DNA of 64,000 nt from an uncultured delta proteobacterium (GTDB lineage: Bacteria > Desulfobacterota > Syntrophia > Syntrophales > Smithellaceae): positions 32,001 to 96,000 of the forward strand of contig CAVWEH010000004.1 in the NCBI GenBank assembly GCA_963753975.1. The letters are read 5' to 3'. Positions 32,185-42,652 of this stretch are shown piece by piece (the stretch's first letter is position 1; every line of letters starts with the position of its first letter). The notes beneath the pieces are model-generated. The model ran no database searches. It was not told the DNA's origin and saw nothing but the letters and a program-made list of their open reading frames with translations. The position numbers and the translations under genes are program-made.

Positions 32185-33666
32185 TTATTCGATTATCCAG
32201 CTAGTAGTATTATGAGAATCTTTCAGGGTAACATGCAGTTCGGCCAGCTCGTTTCTTATGGCATCCGCCCTGGCCCAATCTTTATCTTTTCGGGCAGATT
32301 GCCTTTCTTTGATCAAGTTTTCAACTTTACCAATATCTAAGCCTCTTTTATTTGATTCCCTTTCTTTGTCGGATTGGAAGAAATAGTCCGGCTCATTCTG
32401 AAAAATACCCAGCACCGCACCAAAATGATCGAACAATTTCTTCGTCTTCTTTAAAATCTCGACCTTATTGAAAGCTACTGTATTTTTCTCGGTAACAACG
32501 AAATTATTCATGAATCTTACCAAATCAAAGACATAACCTAACGCCTGGGCTGTATTAAAATCATCATCCATTGCGGTGTCGAATTTCTCTTCCAACTCTT
32601 TTATCTTACTTACGTAATTTTTCTCTTTTGCCGAATTTTTATCTGCAACAGACGTAGTGGATGCAGGCATTTCATTTAGCGTTTCTTTTAATAATTGTAA
32701 CGCACTGTAACATCTGACTAATCCCGGCCTTGTTTCGGCTAAAGAATTTTCCGAATAATCAACAGGACTGCGGTAGTGGCTCTGCAGCATAAATAAGCGC
32801 AATACTTCCGGGTGATAATTTTTGAGAATTTCTCTGACAGAAGAGATATTGCCTAAAGATTTTGACATTTTTTCCGAATTTATCTTAACAAAACCGTTAT
32901 GCATCCAGTAATTAGCCAACGGTTTGCCTGTGGCCGCCTGTGATTGGGCGATCTCATTTTCATGATGCGGAAAAACCAGGTCTTCACCACCGCCGTGGAT
33001 GTCAAATGTTTCACCCAGATAGCGCTTGCTCATTGCGGAACATTCGATATGCCATCCGGGACGGCCTTTTCCCCAGGGGCTTCCCCAAAAGGGTTCGCCT
33101 TCTTTGCCTTTTTTCCAAAGCGCAAAATCCAGAGGATTCTTTTTTTTGTCATTGACGTCAATACGCGTGCCGGCATTCATATCTTCCAGATTTCTTCCGG
33201 AAAGGCCGCCATATAAAGGAAACTTGTCCACCGCAAAGTACACGTCTCCATCCACGCAATAAGCATTACCTTTTTTTATCAAAACACTGATCAGAGAGAT
33301 CATATCGTCTATGTGTTCTGTGGCTTTGGGGGTAATCGTCGGAGTGGCAACTCCCAAAGCCGCCATGTCTTCATCATGCAATTTGATGTAGCGTTCTGCT
33401 ATTTCTGTAATGCTGACGTTTTCTCTTTTTGCGCGGTCAATAATTTTATCATCGATATCGGTAAAATTTTTGACATAAGTAACATGATAACCTCGTGCCC
33501 GCAAATGCCTGACCACAACATCAAAAACTATTGCGGCACGGGCATGCCCTATGTGACAAACATCATAAGCGGTAATCCCGCAAACATACATGCCTATGGC
33601 TCCCTCTTTTACCGGTTTTAATACTTCTTTTTTTCTGGTAGCCGTATTAAATATTTTCTGGGACAT
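32185..33666 (-). CDS. cysS: Cysteine--tRNA ligase
   Basis: YVCGIT, HIGH, GWHIECS, KMSKS motifs; start set to MSQKIFNT to avoid overlap with argC. Confidence 0.97.
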   Translation of the reverse strand: MSQKIFNTATRKKEVLKPVKEGAIGMYVCGITAYDVCHIGHARAAIVFDVVVRHLRARGYHVTYVKNFTDIDDKIIDRAKRENVSITEIAERYIKLHDEDMAALGVATPTITPKATEHIDDMISLISVLIKKGNAYCVDGDVYFAVDKFPLYGGLSGRNLEDMNAGTRIDVNDKKKNPLDFALWKKGKEGEPFWGSPWGKGRPGWHIECSAMSKRYLGETFDIHGGGEDLVFPHHENEIAQSQAATGKPLANYWMHNGFVKINSEKMSKSLGNISSVREILKNYHPEVLRLFMLQSHYRSPVDYSENSLAETRPGLVRCYSALQLLKETLNEMPASTTSVADKNSAKEKNYVSKIKELEEKFDTAMDDDFNTAQALGYVFDLVRFMNNFVVTEKNTVAFNKVEILKKTKKLFDHFGAVLGIFQNEPDYFFQSDKERESNKRGLDIGKVENLIKERQSARKDKDWARADAIRNELAELHVTLKDSHNTTSWIIE

Positions 33667-33688
33667 TTTTTTCCTAAACTTGCTTTCA

Positions 33689-34726
33689 TCAGGGATAGAG
33701 CGGTATATTTTGCAAACCAGCGTGTTCTTCAAAACCGCAGACTATATTCATATTTTGCACTGCCTGGCCGGCGGCGCCTTTAACTAAGTTATCGATTGCC
33801 GCCATAATAATGATCCTATTTGTCCGTGGGTCAAGAACCAAACCTATGTCACAGTAATTTGATCCGCAAACGGAAGATATATTCGGATACGATCCGGCAG
33901 GATAAACCCTCACAAATTTTTCTCCGGCATAAAACGAGGAATAAAGAGCGTGTAACTCCATCAAATCAATCTTTTTCTTTAGTGTCGCATAAATAGTGCT
34001 CAAAATTCCGCGTTTTACGGGCAATAAATGCGGCGTAAAAGAGATATTAAATTTTTCGCCAGCCAGTAAGTTCAGCTCTTGTTCAATTTCCGGAGTATGT
34101 CGGTGCTGACCTATCTTATATGCTTTAAAACCACCGTCAACTTCACAAAAAAGAGACCCCGTCTGCGGTTCCCGCCCCGCCCCGCTCACACCGGAAGCCG
34201 CGTCGGCAATAATAGAGGATACGTCTATAAGCTTATTTTTCAGGGCAGGCGCCAGACCTAAGATGATGCCGGTAGGATAACAACCCGGATTAGCTATAAA
34301 ATCAGCTTTTTTTATTTCCTGCCGGTAAATTTCGGGAATTCCATAGATAGCATTCTTTAAAATTTTGCTGCTGCTATGTTTACCATACCAAGCTTCATAA
34401 GTTTTTATATCGTGTAAGCGATAATCAGCGCTTAAATCGATTACTTTCTTCCCGGCCTGAATAAAGACAGGAGCAATATCCATGGAAACGCCGTGAGGGA
34501 GCGCCAGAAAAACAACATCGCTCGCTTCAGCTACCTCTTTCGGTGTTGCATTTTTATATTTCAATGATGTGAGACCGTACAGCGCCGGAAATACATCGGC
34601 CACGGGCAAACCGGCAAACCGCCGTGAAGTAACAGCTATTAATTCTGTTTCCGGATGCCCCAGTAAAATCCTGGTCAATTCCTGACCAGTATAACCGCTG
34701 GCTCCAAATATTGCTACTTTTACCAT
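33689..34726 (-). CDS. argC: N-acetyl-gamma-glutamyl-phosphate reductase
   Basis: GASGYTG, LALPHG, ANPGCYPT, DNLVKGAAGQAVQN motifs. Confidence 0.97.
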   Translation of the reverse strand: MVKVAIFGASGYTGQELTRILLGHPETELIAVTSRRFAGLPVADVFPALYGLTSLKYKNATPKEVAEASDVVFLALPHGVSMDIAPVFIQAGKKVIDLSADYRLHDIKTYEAWYGKHSSSKILKNAIYGIPEIYRQEIKKADFIANPGCYPTGIILGLAPALKNKLIDVSSIIADAASGVSGAGREPQTGSLFCEVDGGFKAYKIGQHRHTPEIEQELNLLAGEKFNISFTPHLLPVKRGILSTIYATLKKKIDLMELHALYSSFYAGEKFVRVYPAGSYPNISSVCGSNYCDIGLVLDPRTNRIIIMAAIDNLVKGAAGQAVQNMNIVCGFEEHAGLQNIPLYP

Positions 34727-34738
34727 AAAAAATCCTCC

Positions 34739-34770
34739 AAAAAAAAGGGAGGCCTGAAGCCCCCCTTGTT
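34739..34770 (-). terminator. Intrinsic terminator after rpsI
   Basis: Imperfect GC hairpin followed by a T-tract on the minus strand. Confidence 0.6.
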
Positions 34771-34774
34771 GAAA

Positions 34775-35167
34775 TTAACGCTTGGAGAATTGGAATCTTT
34801 TCCTTGCTCCCGGCTGCCCGTATTTCTTTCTTTCTTTGATGCGGGCATCTCTGGTTAAAAAGCCCGCTTTCTTGAGAACTGCACGGAGCTCGGCATCATA
34901 TTCCAAGAGAGCTTTAGATATTCCATGTTTTACTGCCCCTGCCTGACCGGCTACTCCGCCGCCGCTCACATTAACATATAGATCAAATTGATCTTTTTTA
35001 CCAGCAATTTCGAAAGGTTGCTTGATGGCCATTTTCAAGCTGGGACGAGTAAAATATTCATCATAATTTCTCTTATTGACTACAATATTTCCATTACCCG
35101 CTTTCATATAAACACGGGCAATAGCACTCTTTCTTTTACCAGTTGCATAATAACGTTGTTCTGACAT
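34775..35167 (-). CDS. rpsI: 30S ribosomal protein S9
   Basis: TGKRK, GGG..GQAGA, QFSKR C-terminus. Confidence 0.98.
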   Translation of the reverse strand: MSEQRYYATGKRKSAIARVYMKAGNGNIVVNKRNYDEYFTRPSLKMAIKQPFEIAGKKDQFDLYVNVSGGGVAGQAGAVKHGISKALLEYDAELRAVLKKAGFLTRDARIKERKKYGQPGARKRFQFSKR

Positions 35168-35217
35168 AGCTACTCCAATATTAGATAATTACTAGCTTAT
35201 CTCCATCTCCCGGCAAA

Positions 35218-35646
35218 CTAAACAGACAAAGCATGGGGACACTGGGCTTCATGAGGATGAGTATTCCCAGCATAAACTTTCAGTTTTTTTAGCATTCTTC
35301 GACCTAGATTATTTTTAGGCAACATACCCGCAACAGCCATGCGGATTAAGTTTTCCGGTTTTTCTGCCAATGTCTTTCCGGCGTTAGTTTCTCTCAATCC
35401 GCCGGGATAACCGGAATATGAATAATAAATCTTGTCGTTTAGCTTTTTCCCGGTAAGCATAACTTTTTCCGCATTAACTACAACAATAAAATCACCGGTA
35501 TCAACATGAGGCGTATAGATAGCTTTGTGCTTTCCCCTCAAACGAAGCGCTATTTCACTAGCCAGCCGTCCTAATACCTTGCCGGAAGCGTCAACAATAA
35601 ACCACTCCTTGTTTGACGACCCTGCTTTTGCCGTATAAGTCTTCAT
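35218..35646 (-). CDS. rplM: 50S ribosomal protein L13
   Basis: [21 protein letters not shown] motifs. Confidence 0.98.
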   Translation of the reverse strand: MKTYTAKAGSSNKEWFIVDASGKVLGRLASEIALRLRGKHKAIYTPHVDTGDFIVVVNAEKVMLTGKKLNDKIYYSYSGYPGGLRETNAGKTLAEKPENLIRMAVAGMLPKNNLGRRMLKKLKVYAGNTHPHEAQCPHALSV

Positions 35647-35829
35647 AATAAAATCACCGCTTTGGTCAAAAAATTTAACAGTAATACTTATTTAATTTCA
35701 TTATACTTGTCAAGCAAATAATCACCAAATATTTCAAAATATTTAGAATTAATTGTGCTTATTAACCGATTTCCCGCAGTCTTGATAAATTATTATAAAA
35801 TAAGCAATCAACGTAAAAATATGATAAAT

Positions 35830-37920
35830 TTACAATTTACCCAATCCAGCTAATGATATTTTCAGCAAAAGCCTGGAATCGATATCAGTCTGCGTATAAT
35901 CCAGCCCTAAGCTCCAACACTGACTATTATAAATCAATCCCACTGTATTTTCCACTGTTCTGGAATTGAACAGATCTCGTCTCGAAACAAAGTTGCCGGT
36001 AATATTATTAGTAATGACCACCTTCAAGTTAACGTCGATTTCTTCAATAGAGTCGAGGGTATATCGATAACCAGCTGTCAGCATGTCTCCTCGCCAGTCC
36101 TTGATATTCAAATCATAATTCGTTTGTGTCCAGCCGTCATAAACACTGTACTGATTGCGGCCCACAAATGAAAAATATTTATACGGATTAAAATCAAACT
36201 CTATTCCCAGATCGGAGAAAGGGTGCCTTACGGCAGTGATAGGAACAGTAATCCCTTCTGTGCCCCTCGTAGCGTCGTTAATATTATAAGTTTGAAACAG
36301 CTTGAGCCTTAAAAATTCCAGATAACTGTATGCGCCTGCATCATCTCTTACTTTAGCAATAAAAGTGTTCGTTAGCGCCCACATAACGCCGTTTTGTTCA
36401 GCTATTGCCACCATATAATCAGGTATATTATCCTGTCTCACATTTGGTGTGTAGGAATAGGTTATTTCCGGTTTAATCTCATGCCTGATTTTCTCCACGT
36501 TTAGAACCTTGAAATCATATATACGCGACAGTTGACTGCTGACATCTAAAGACGCGGTATAAAGCGTACGATCTCCGCTTTTTTGATCGCCTTGCGCTTG
36601 GCTGTCATCGCGTATCCAAGCACTTTCACTAAAGGCAATTTGCGGCGTAATCTTGGCATAGCCGGACATATTTAAAGGCAAAGAAAAAGTAGGAGATAAA
36701 TCAAAAAAGTGTCCCTTTTGTCCTTCTCCTCGATAAAAATAATCATAAGTGCCGGTGAGCTCATAGTATAAAGGAGTTTTTAAGAGGGGCTGTTTGATGC
36801 CGGTAGCAACTATTTCCGGATATTTTTGCAGGGTCATGTCATTATTGGCTAAGGCAAAATCATCCGTGGAACTGATCAATCCCGTTAAATTGTAATTAGA
36901 CCATCCTTTATATACACGGGCTGTTGATTCCAGTGAGCGCAGGGATTCATCGCCGTAGAAAGGAACCTTTTTAAACGGATCTTGTTCTGTTTGGGCATAA
37001 TTATCAAGGTAGTAGTTGTGAGCCGAGAAATCGCGAAAATACCAGGCATCGGAAACTTTGCGCAAATCAGTTCTCACGTAGAATTGAGGATCGAAATCCG
37101 TTTCGTGATTCAAATAATACGACCAGCGTTTGTGCATTTCCTGCCAATTACGGCTGGCTGGAGTATCAGTTGTTTCGATTACATGTTTCGTATCCTCCAT
37201 ATAATCGCCGTAAAAAGTGCCGAAAGATTTACTTCCTAAATAATATCTGAATTCCCCGCCTTCTTTAAATCCTCTTTTTTCAATGTAACGCTGATATAAT
37301 GTCGCATCCATTTGAGGAGAAATCGCCCAAAAAAAAGGAATTTCGATGTCCATTCCATCCTGCTCTCTGGAATAAGAAAGATAAGGAAGAAGAAATCCCG
37401 ATTGCCGTTGGGTTTTTGCGGGGAAAGGAACAAACGGAGAATAAAAAACCGGCAAGCCTTTCGTGACTAGCCGGGCATTTTCCATTAAACCATAACCCTC
37501 AATTGTTACGTTCATTTCGCTGCCGTCGATTTCCCAATCCGGAGAATCTCCAGTGCAGGTTGTGGCTCTCGGCTGCTCAATGAAATATGTCTGTTCCCCG
37601 GTCTTTTCAATTTTATCGCCTTTAACATAAAAATGGTTTCTCGCGTAAAAAGCTTTGCCCTTATAAGCAACGCCGGTTTTATTTTCGATGTTGAAAATGA
37701 TTTTGTCTCCTTGCAGGGTATCTTCTCCCATTTTTATCAAAACATTGCCCTGCGCTGTGGCAATATTGTTCTTATTATCCCATTCCACACTGTCCGCCTC
37801 AATTTCCAGAGGATTTTTATCTTCTTTGGTTTCATCGGCAGAAACTCTGGTATATGAAATCAGTAACATTCCCATCGCAAAACAGGTAACTATAAATTTA
37901 TGTTTCAATTGACCGATCAA
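35830..37920 (-). CDS. lptD: LPS-assembly outer-membrane protein LptD
   Basis: TTC...PDW, RQSGFLLP, C-terminal SQCW; beta-barrel character. Confidence 0.85.
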   Translation of the reverse strand: MIGQLKHKFIVTCFAMGMLLISYTRVSADETKEDKNPLEIEADSVEWDNKNNIATAQGNVLIKMGEDTLQGDKIIFNIENKTGVAYKGKAFYARNHFYVKGDKIEKTGEQTYFIEQPRATTCTGDSPDWEIDGSEMNVTIEGYGLMENARLVTKGLPVFYSPFVPFPAKTQRQSGFLLPYLSYSREQDGMDIEIPFFWAISPQMDATLYQRYIEKRGFKEGGEFRYYLGSKSFGTFYGDYMEDTKHVIETTDTPASRNWQEMHKRWSYYLNHETDFDPQFYVRTDLRKVSDAWYFRDFSAHNYYLDNYAQTEQDPFKKVPFYGDESLRSLESTARVYKGWSNYNLTGLISSTDDFALANNDMTLQKYPEIVATGIKQPLLKTPLYYELTGTYDYFYRGEGQKGHFFDLSPTFSLPLNMSGYAKITPQIAFSESAWIRDDSQAQGDQKSGDRTLYTASLDVSSQLSRIYDFKVLNVEKIRHEIKPEITYSYTPNVRQDNIPDYMVAIAEQNGVMWALTNTFIAKVRDDAGAYSYLEFLRLKLFQTYNINDATRGTEGITVPITAVRHPFSDLGIEFDFNPYKYFSFVGRNQYSVYDGWTQTNYDLNIKDWRGDMLTAGYRYTLDSIEEIDVNLKVVITNNITGNFVSRRDLFNSRTVENTVGLIYNSQCWSLGLDYTQTDIDSRLLLKISLAGLGKL

Positions 37921-37949
37921 AATAAAGACCTCGTTTATTTATTAAAAAT

Positions 37950-39230
37950 TCAGTGTTTCTTAGCACAAGAAACAATTTTAGGAAACTTTTGTTTTACTTC
38001 ACCGGCAAGATAAAAAGAGCCTGTTGCGCAAATTAAATCTTTTTTTTCGGCCAAAACTTGCGCTTTCCGAATCGCCTTCCCCACATTTTGCGTCACTATC
38101 GCCTTATATCCTGTTTTATCCAATATTTTCAGCATATTATCCGGTAGTTCCGCACGAGTTGTCTTTAATTTAGTTAAAATTATTTTATTTGCCAGCGGAG
38201 CTATTTTTTTTAGCATTTGACGATAATCTTTATCGACAAGAGATCCAAAAATAAGAATTAACCGTTTATAAGAAAAATTGTTTTTTAGAGCCCGGCATAA
38301 GACGCTGATTCCAGCCGGATTATGCGCGCCGTCCAACAGAAAAAGAGGCTCTTTCTGTAAAACTTCCAACCGGGCATCTAAGCGTGCTTTTTTAAGACCG
38401 GCGCGAATTGCATCGTTATCTATCTTCAAACGATTTTTATCACTAAGCTCAACTGCGGCCACGGCCAGCGCGGCATTAGCCAACTGATGTTCTCCCTGCA
38501 GAGAAATAGTTAACCCACTCAATTTACGGTACAGTCCCTGGTAAGCAAAAAAAGATTTTTTTTGTTTTGCTATTTTTATATCAGCCCCCAGTCGATAGAG
38601 TTTCGCTTTGCGTTCTGCGCAAACATTTTTCAACACCTGCAAAACCTTTTTTTGCTTTGCCGCCGTAAGGCAAATGCCGTTTTGTTTGATGATACCCGCT
38701 TTTTCACTGGTAATTGATTCCAGAGTATTGCCTAGATAGGCCAGATGGTCGAAGGCAATATTGGTAATTATCGAAACCAGCGGCCGGCAGACATTGGTGG
38801 CATCAAGCCTTCCGCCTAATCCAACCTCCAGTACCGCAATATCCACTTTTTCGCGCTGGAAATAAATAAAAGCAGCAACAGTCAAAAATTCGAAATATGT
38901 TAAGGGTTTTTTCAGCTTTTCTTTTATATCTGCGATGACTTGGTCAAAGTCTTTCCAGGCGATTTTTTTCCCATTGATAACAATTCTTTCCCGAATATCA
39001 ATTAGATGCGGAGAGGTGTAAAGGCCAACCTTATAACCGGCGCTTTCCAGTATAGAAGCAGTCATTGTCGCTGTTGATCCTTTACCGTTGGTACCGGCAA
39101 TCAATATTGTCTTATAGTCATTTTGCGGATTGCCCAACCTTGATAAAAGTTCGGCAATTGCTTCCAATCCAAAATGCATGACATCAACATTCAAGCCGGT
39201 AAGATAAACAAAAGGATCAAATTTTTTCAT
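37950..39230 (-). CDS. folC: Folylpolyglutamate synthase/dihydrofolate synthase
   Basis: AGTNGKGS, YTSPHL, EVGLGGRLDATN, DGAHNP motifs. Confidence 0.96.
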   Translation of the reverse strand: MKKFDPFVYLTGLNVDVMHFGLEAIAELLSRLGNPQNDYKTILIAGTNGKGSTATMTASILESAGYKVGLYTSPHLIDIRERIVINGKKIAWKDFDQVIADIKEKLKKPLTYFEFLTVAAFIYFQREKVDIAVLEVGLGGRLDATNVCRPLVSIITNIAFDHLAYLGNTLESITSEKAGIIKQNGICLTAAKQKKVLQVLKNVCAERKAKLYRLGADIKIAKQKKSFFAYQGLYRKLSGLTISLQGEHQLANAALAVAAVELSDKNRLKIDNDAIRAGLKKARLDARLEVLQKEPLFLLDGAHNPAGISVLCRALKNNFSYKRLILIFGSLVDKDYRQMLKKIAPLANKIILTKLKTTRAELPDNMLKILDKTGYKAIVTQNVGKAIRKAQVLAEKKDLICATGSFYLAGEVKQKFPKIVSCAKKH

Positions 39231-39244
39231 TTGTTGTGGGATGA

Positions 39245-40012
39245 TTAAATACGGATTATTTGACCATCTTCAATAATATGAATTTTTCTATCTTTTATTG
39301 CCGCTACTTCTTGGCGTATAACTTCCTGGTAGCTGGGTTTCATGTGATAGAGGTAAATATCCGGTTTTTTCCCTTTCAATTTTTTAAGTTCCGCCTGTAA
39401 AGAAGATGGAGTGAGATGTCTCGTTATATCGGCAACATCTTTCATAGAATCCGGCAAGGAGGTCTCCATAAAGATAGCCTGAAGTCCTTTAGTTTTTTGG
39501 GCTTCCTGCCAAGCTTCCTTCGTCGGTCCGGTGTCGCCTAAAAACATTAAGGCTTTACTTTTGGATGCGATCACGTATCCGACAGTTTCCACCGTATGAT
39601 TAAGATCAATGGCTTTGATTTGTAAATTACTGATTGTCTGTTTTTTACCGGGTACAATTGCCCGAAATTTTACCAGCGGTGCTTTGGCGCTTGGTATTTT
39701 GGAAAAATCCGGCCAGATGACATTGTTAAATAAATGGCGGTGAAGGGAATCGAGAATGCCTTTTGTACTGACAATCACCAAAGGTCTTTTCCTGCGTTGA
39801 AAAAATATATTATCGGCGAGAAACGTAATATCACGCACGTGATCCAGATGAGCATGCGTTATAAAAACATAATCTATTTTTAACTGTTCCCGAAGACTTA
39901 AAACAGTAGTGACCGTTCCGGCATCCAATAAAACGTTCTGCCCGAGGAGGAAACTTGTTGTATTATAATTAGGAAGCTGTGAACCGTGACAACCCAGCAC
40001 CCTGATTTTCAT
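39245..40012 (-). CDS. Class II cyclic-nucleotide phosphodiesterase-like metallo-beta-lactamase-fold hydrolase
   Basis: LGCHG, THAHLDH, NNVIWPDF, GDTGPT, HLTP, YHMKP motifs. Confidence 0.8.
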   Translation of the reverse strand: MKIRVLGCHGSQLPNYNTTSFLLGQNVLLDAGTVTTVLSLREQLKIDYVFITHAHLDHVRDITFLADNIFFQRRKRPLVIVSTKGILDSLHRHLFNNVIWPDFSKIPSAKAPLVKFRAIVPGKKQTISNLQIKAIDLNHTVETVGYVIASKSKALMFLGDTGPTKEAWQEAQKTKGLQAIFMETSLPDSMKDVADITRHLTPSSLQAELKKLKGKKPDIYLYHMKPSYQEVIRQEVAAIKDRKIHIIEDGQIIRI

Positions 40013-40319
40013 TTTCTGCTCCTCGTAGGTTGATTATCTTATAAAGTAGCATACCTTCGCCAAGCAGGCAACGAATTTATGAAAAAGTTTGAAAAAAGAT
40101 GATAAAATAATGTAGTTACTATATGGTATTAAAAAGGTACTCGCTAACGATGAACTCATATATGTTAATAATAAGACCGGAAACAAAGATGACTTTACCA
40201 AGATTACACAAATAAACGACGCGGGGCAGTCAACTGAGCGAAAAAAGTGTTGCGTTAATTCTGCGTCTGCTGGATTAATTTTTGGGTTTTACTTATTGCC
40301 TCCCATTGTTTACGCATGT

Positions 40320-40754
40320 TTATTTCAGAACATTTGGAAGATAAATTTTTTTAACAGACGATATTTCATTAGCTATTTGAACAAAGGGCCAGGGTTTAGT
40401 CTCCGGGGTTACATCCAGCCTCGCATAAGTAAGGTCTGCTACTTCTTTTCCTGCTCGTTTCTTAGATAACTTTAACATCTCTGTAAGTTTAGGACGAACC
40501 TTTAGCCAATCGTCGGGCGATGGAAAATAATCCTCCGCGATGACGTCATCTATCTGTGGCTTGTCGTTGTAAAGAAAATCCATTAGCACACGTACATGAA
40601 TCACAAAGGACTCTAATAGTGCCTTTGCAATGGGACCCTGTCCTGCGATACCAGAGCCAATCCCATGGGCTAAACAAGTGAGCATCCACATTTCATAGTG
40701 CAAATGTTCTGATGCTTCTCTGAGTTCTTCATCTGCGCGAATTTTTCTACCCAT
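40320..40754 (-). CDS. Hypothetical protein, possibly HEPN-like
   Basis: 144-aa helical ORF with ESFVIHVRVL and RAGKEVADLTYAR. Confidence 0.6.
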   Translation of the reverse strand: MGRKIRADEELREASEHLHYEMWMLTCLAHGIGSGIAGQGPIAKALLESFVIHVRVLMDFLYNDKPQIDDVIAEDYFPSPDDWLKVRPKLTEMLKLSKKRAGKEVADLTYARLDVTPETKPWPFVQIANEISSVKKIYLPNVLK

Positions 40755-40861
40755 ATTGTCTTATTATGCGACCCACCAATTAATATATGAACTTCGCTTT
40801 TTTCCGTAGTATTTCCAAGATTATAGCATACAATATTTTTTGTAAAAGAATAAAATCGCAT

Positions 40862-41071
40862 ATGTGAGCAATGGCAGTTGAACGGGGCTGTAGTGAGCGA
40901 ATATCCCCGAAACGTTGTGGCTCTAGGCGAAATGAGGCGTAAAGCAGCCGAAGTGTTTGAACCGCCGTGGTGGTGAGTTTTCGGCTGCCACGACATGAGC
41001 CATAGAGCAACAGTTGCCGGGAGATTCTGAGCGAACAAATGCCCGTTCAACTGCCGCACTACTTCTCACAT
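40862..41071. repeat. ~210-bp nested imperfect palindrome (MITE/REP-like element)
   Basis: GGCAGTTGAACGGG 40873-40886 pairs with 41042-41055; GCAGCCGAA 40944-40952 pairs with 40980-40988; outer ATGTGAG/CTCACAT. Confidence 0.7.
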
Positions 41072-41101
41072 TCGCTCGGAGTAATGTGGATGACCGTAGT
41101 G

Positions 41102-41929
41102 CTAACTTTTTTCGGAGATTAAACTCTGCCAGGTGTGCCGCTCCAGAAAAGAACCAGGAACGTTTTGCTCCATTTCCTCGAAAAGCGCAAAAGGCGCAGA
41201 AAAGGTCATGAGATTAGCATCACCTAATTGTTTGCGGATATAGACACGGGCGGAAAGATCAGTCAACCCCACAACCGCACGTGGTCTTTTTGATTTAGCT
41301 TCACGGTAAGGATAAATGCCGATGGTCTGACACCCGGCGGCATAAGGAATAATCACATTTTCATTATAGCCGCGTCCATAATTAGCCAAGACGACCAGTG
41401 CGGAAAGCTGATCGGGATTAACAAAGAAAATTACCGTCTGAGGTTTTTCCTTCTTTGCATCAACATTGCCCAGCGGCTGAAAAACAACATAAGGCTCAGG
41501 AACATCCTTTATCGGCAGGTTCTTAATAAATTCTTTCACCAGCGCGGGAGTTTTAACGTAGCGCTCACCCTGCAAAAAATTATCATACGCTTCGGCACGC
41601 ATAAACGGTCTGATCTTTCCGGCCAACTCCGGACCACCTTCTCGCGCGGCATTTCCCGCTGACAAAAAATAGCAAAAGCCCTCTTCACCGCCGGGAAAAT
41701 TTTTATACTGATTACCGAAGCCCAATCCTACTCCGCCGCCGAAACAGCCGAATGTTTTGATATCGGCAACAGCCGTTTTCCCCTTTGCGGCATGAACAGC
41801 AAGCCACATAACACAACCCCATTTGCCCTCCTGAAACTGCATCGCGTTTTGCGGCTTTTCTTTCGACCAGAGCAAAACCACCGGCTGGCATTTGAGCTGA
41901 ATTGCTTTTGCTATTGCGCTTTCCCTCAC
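41102..41929 (-). CDS. DUF169-family protein
   Basis: GC.GG..GLG, NPDQLSAL, AAGCQ, GLTDLSAR motifs; GTG start at 41929 overlaps the DUF72 stop (TAGTG). Confidence 0.8.
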   Translation of the reverse strand: MRESAIAKAIQLKCQPVVLLWSKEKPQNAMQFQEGKWGCVMWLAVHAAKGKTAVADIKTFGCFGGGVGLGFGNQYKNFPGGEEGFCYFLSAGNAAREGGPELAGKIRPFMRAEAYDNFLQGERYVKTPALVKEFIKNLPIKDVPEPYVVFQPLGNVDAKKEKPQTVIFFVNPDQLSALVVLANYGRGYNENVIIPYAAGCQTIGIYPYREAKSKRPRAVVGLTDLSARVYIRKQLGDANLMTFSAPFALFEEMEQNVPGSFLERHTWQSLISEKS

Positions 41930-42633
41930 TATTCTCCCTTCGCCAGCTTGATAAAACGTGTGGCTATTTCTGGTCCTTTGGCCTCGTCTTCGTGTTTGAA
42001 GAAAACAAAAACCTTGTTCCATTTCTGCAGACGAATTCTTTCCATCCATTGCGAGAGATCGGCATCCGAATAATCGGAACGACGCAGGCGCAGGTATCCC
42101 CACGGCGTGGTGCTGATAATCCCATTTACCGGATTCTCATTCGTATCGGCGATGCACAGACTGCATCCCTTTTTCCGCAACAGGCCCAGAATTACATCAC
42201 CGAGCCAAGACGGGTTGCGGAACTCGAAGGCGCAAGACATATCGACGGGAATCAGGAAAAGAAAATCTTCCAAGGCCTTTGGATCCGCATGAAAACTCTG
42301 GGGAAACTGAAAAAGAACCGGCCCCAGTTTATTGTACAGGACTGACAGCGTCCTGAAGAGGTATTGAGTTTCCTCACCCACATTCCTCAAGCGCTTCCGA
42401 TGCGTTATGACCTGAGGCGCTTTGAACGCGAAAACAAAATCATTGGGAACCTGTTCAGTCCATGATGAAAGGATATTTGCTGTGGGCATGTGATAAAAAG
42501 TATTATTGATCTCGACCGTGCCGAAGCGTTCCGAATAGAAACGGAGCATTTCGTGAGGTGAGACCTTTTCCGGATAGAATTTTCCCTTCCATTCCTTGTA
42601 GCCGTATCCACTTGTTCCGACATATATTTTCAT
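41929..42633 (-). CDS. DUF72 (YecE-like) protein
   Basis: VGTSGY, VEINNTFY, FKAP..ITH, LFQFP, FEFRN.SW, YLRLR motifs. Confidence 0.93.
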   Translation of the reverse strand: MKIYVGTSGYGYKEWKGKFYPEKVSPHEMLRFYSERFGTVEINNTFYHMPTANILSSWTEQVPNDFVFAFKAPQVITHRKRLRNVGEETQYLFRTLSVLYNKLGPVLFQFPQSFHADPKALEDFLFLIPVDMSCAFEFRNPSWLGDVILGLLRKKGCSLCIADTNENPVNGIISTTPWGYLRLRRSDYSDADLSQWMERIRLQKWNKVFVFFKHEDEAKGPEIATRFIKLAKGE

Positions 42634-42652
42634 ATTTTATTCCAGTTCACTT

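Noticed and set aside
40670..41211. Short ORFs over the 40.86-41.07 kb palindrome
   Set aside because: No protein features; a by-product of a GC-richer palindromic element
41930..42103. N-terminal extension of the DUF169 ORF
   Set aside because: Overlaps DUF72 by 175 nt; the GTG at 41929 with a TAGTG overlap and upstream GGAG is the better start
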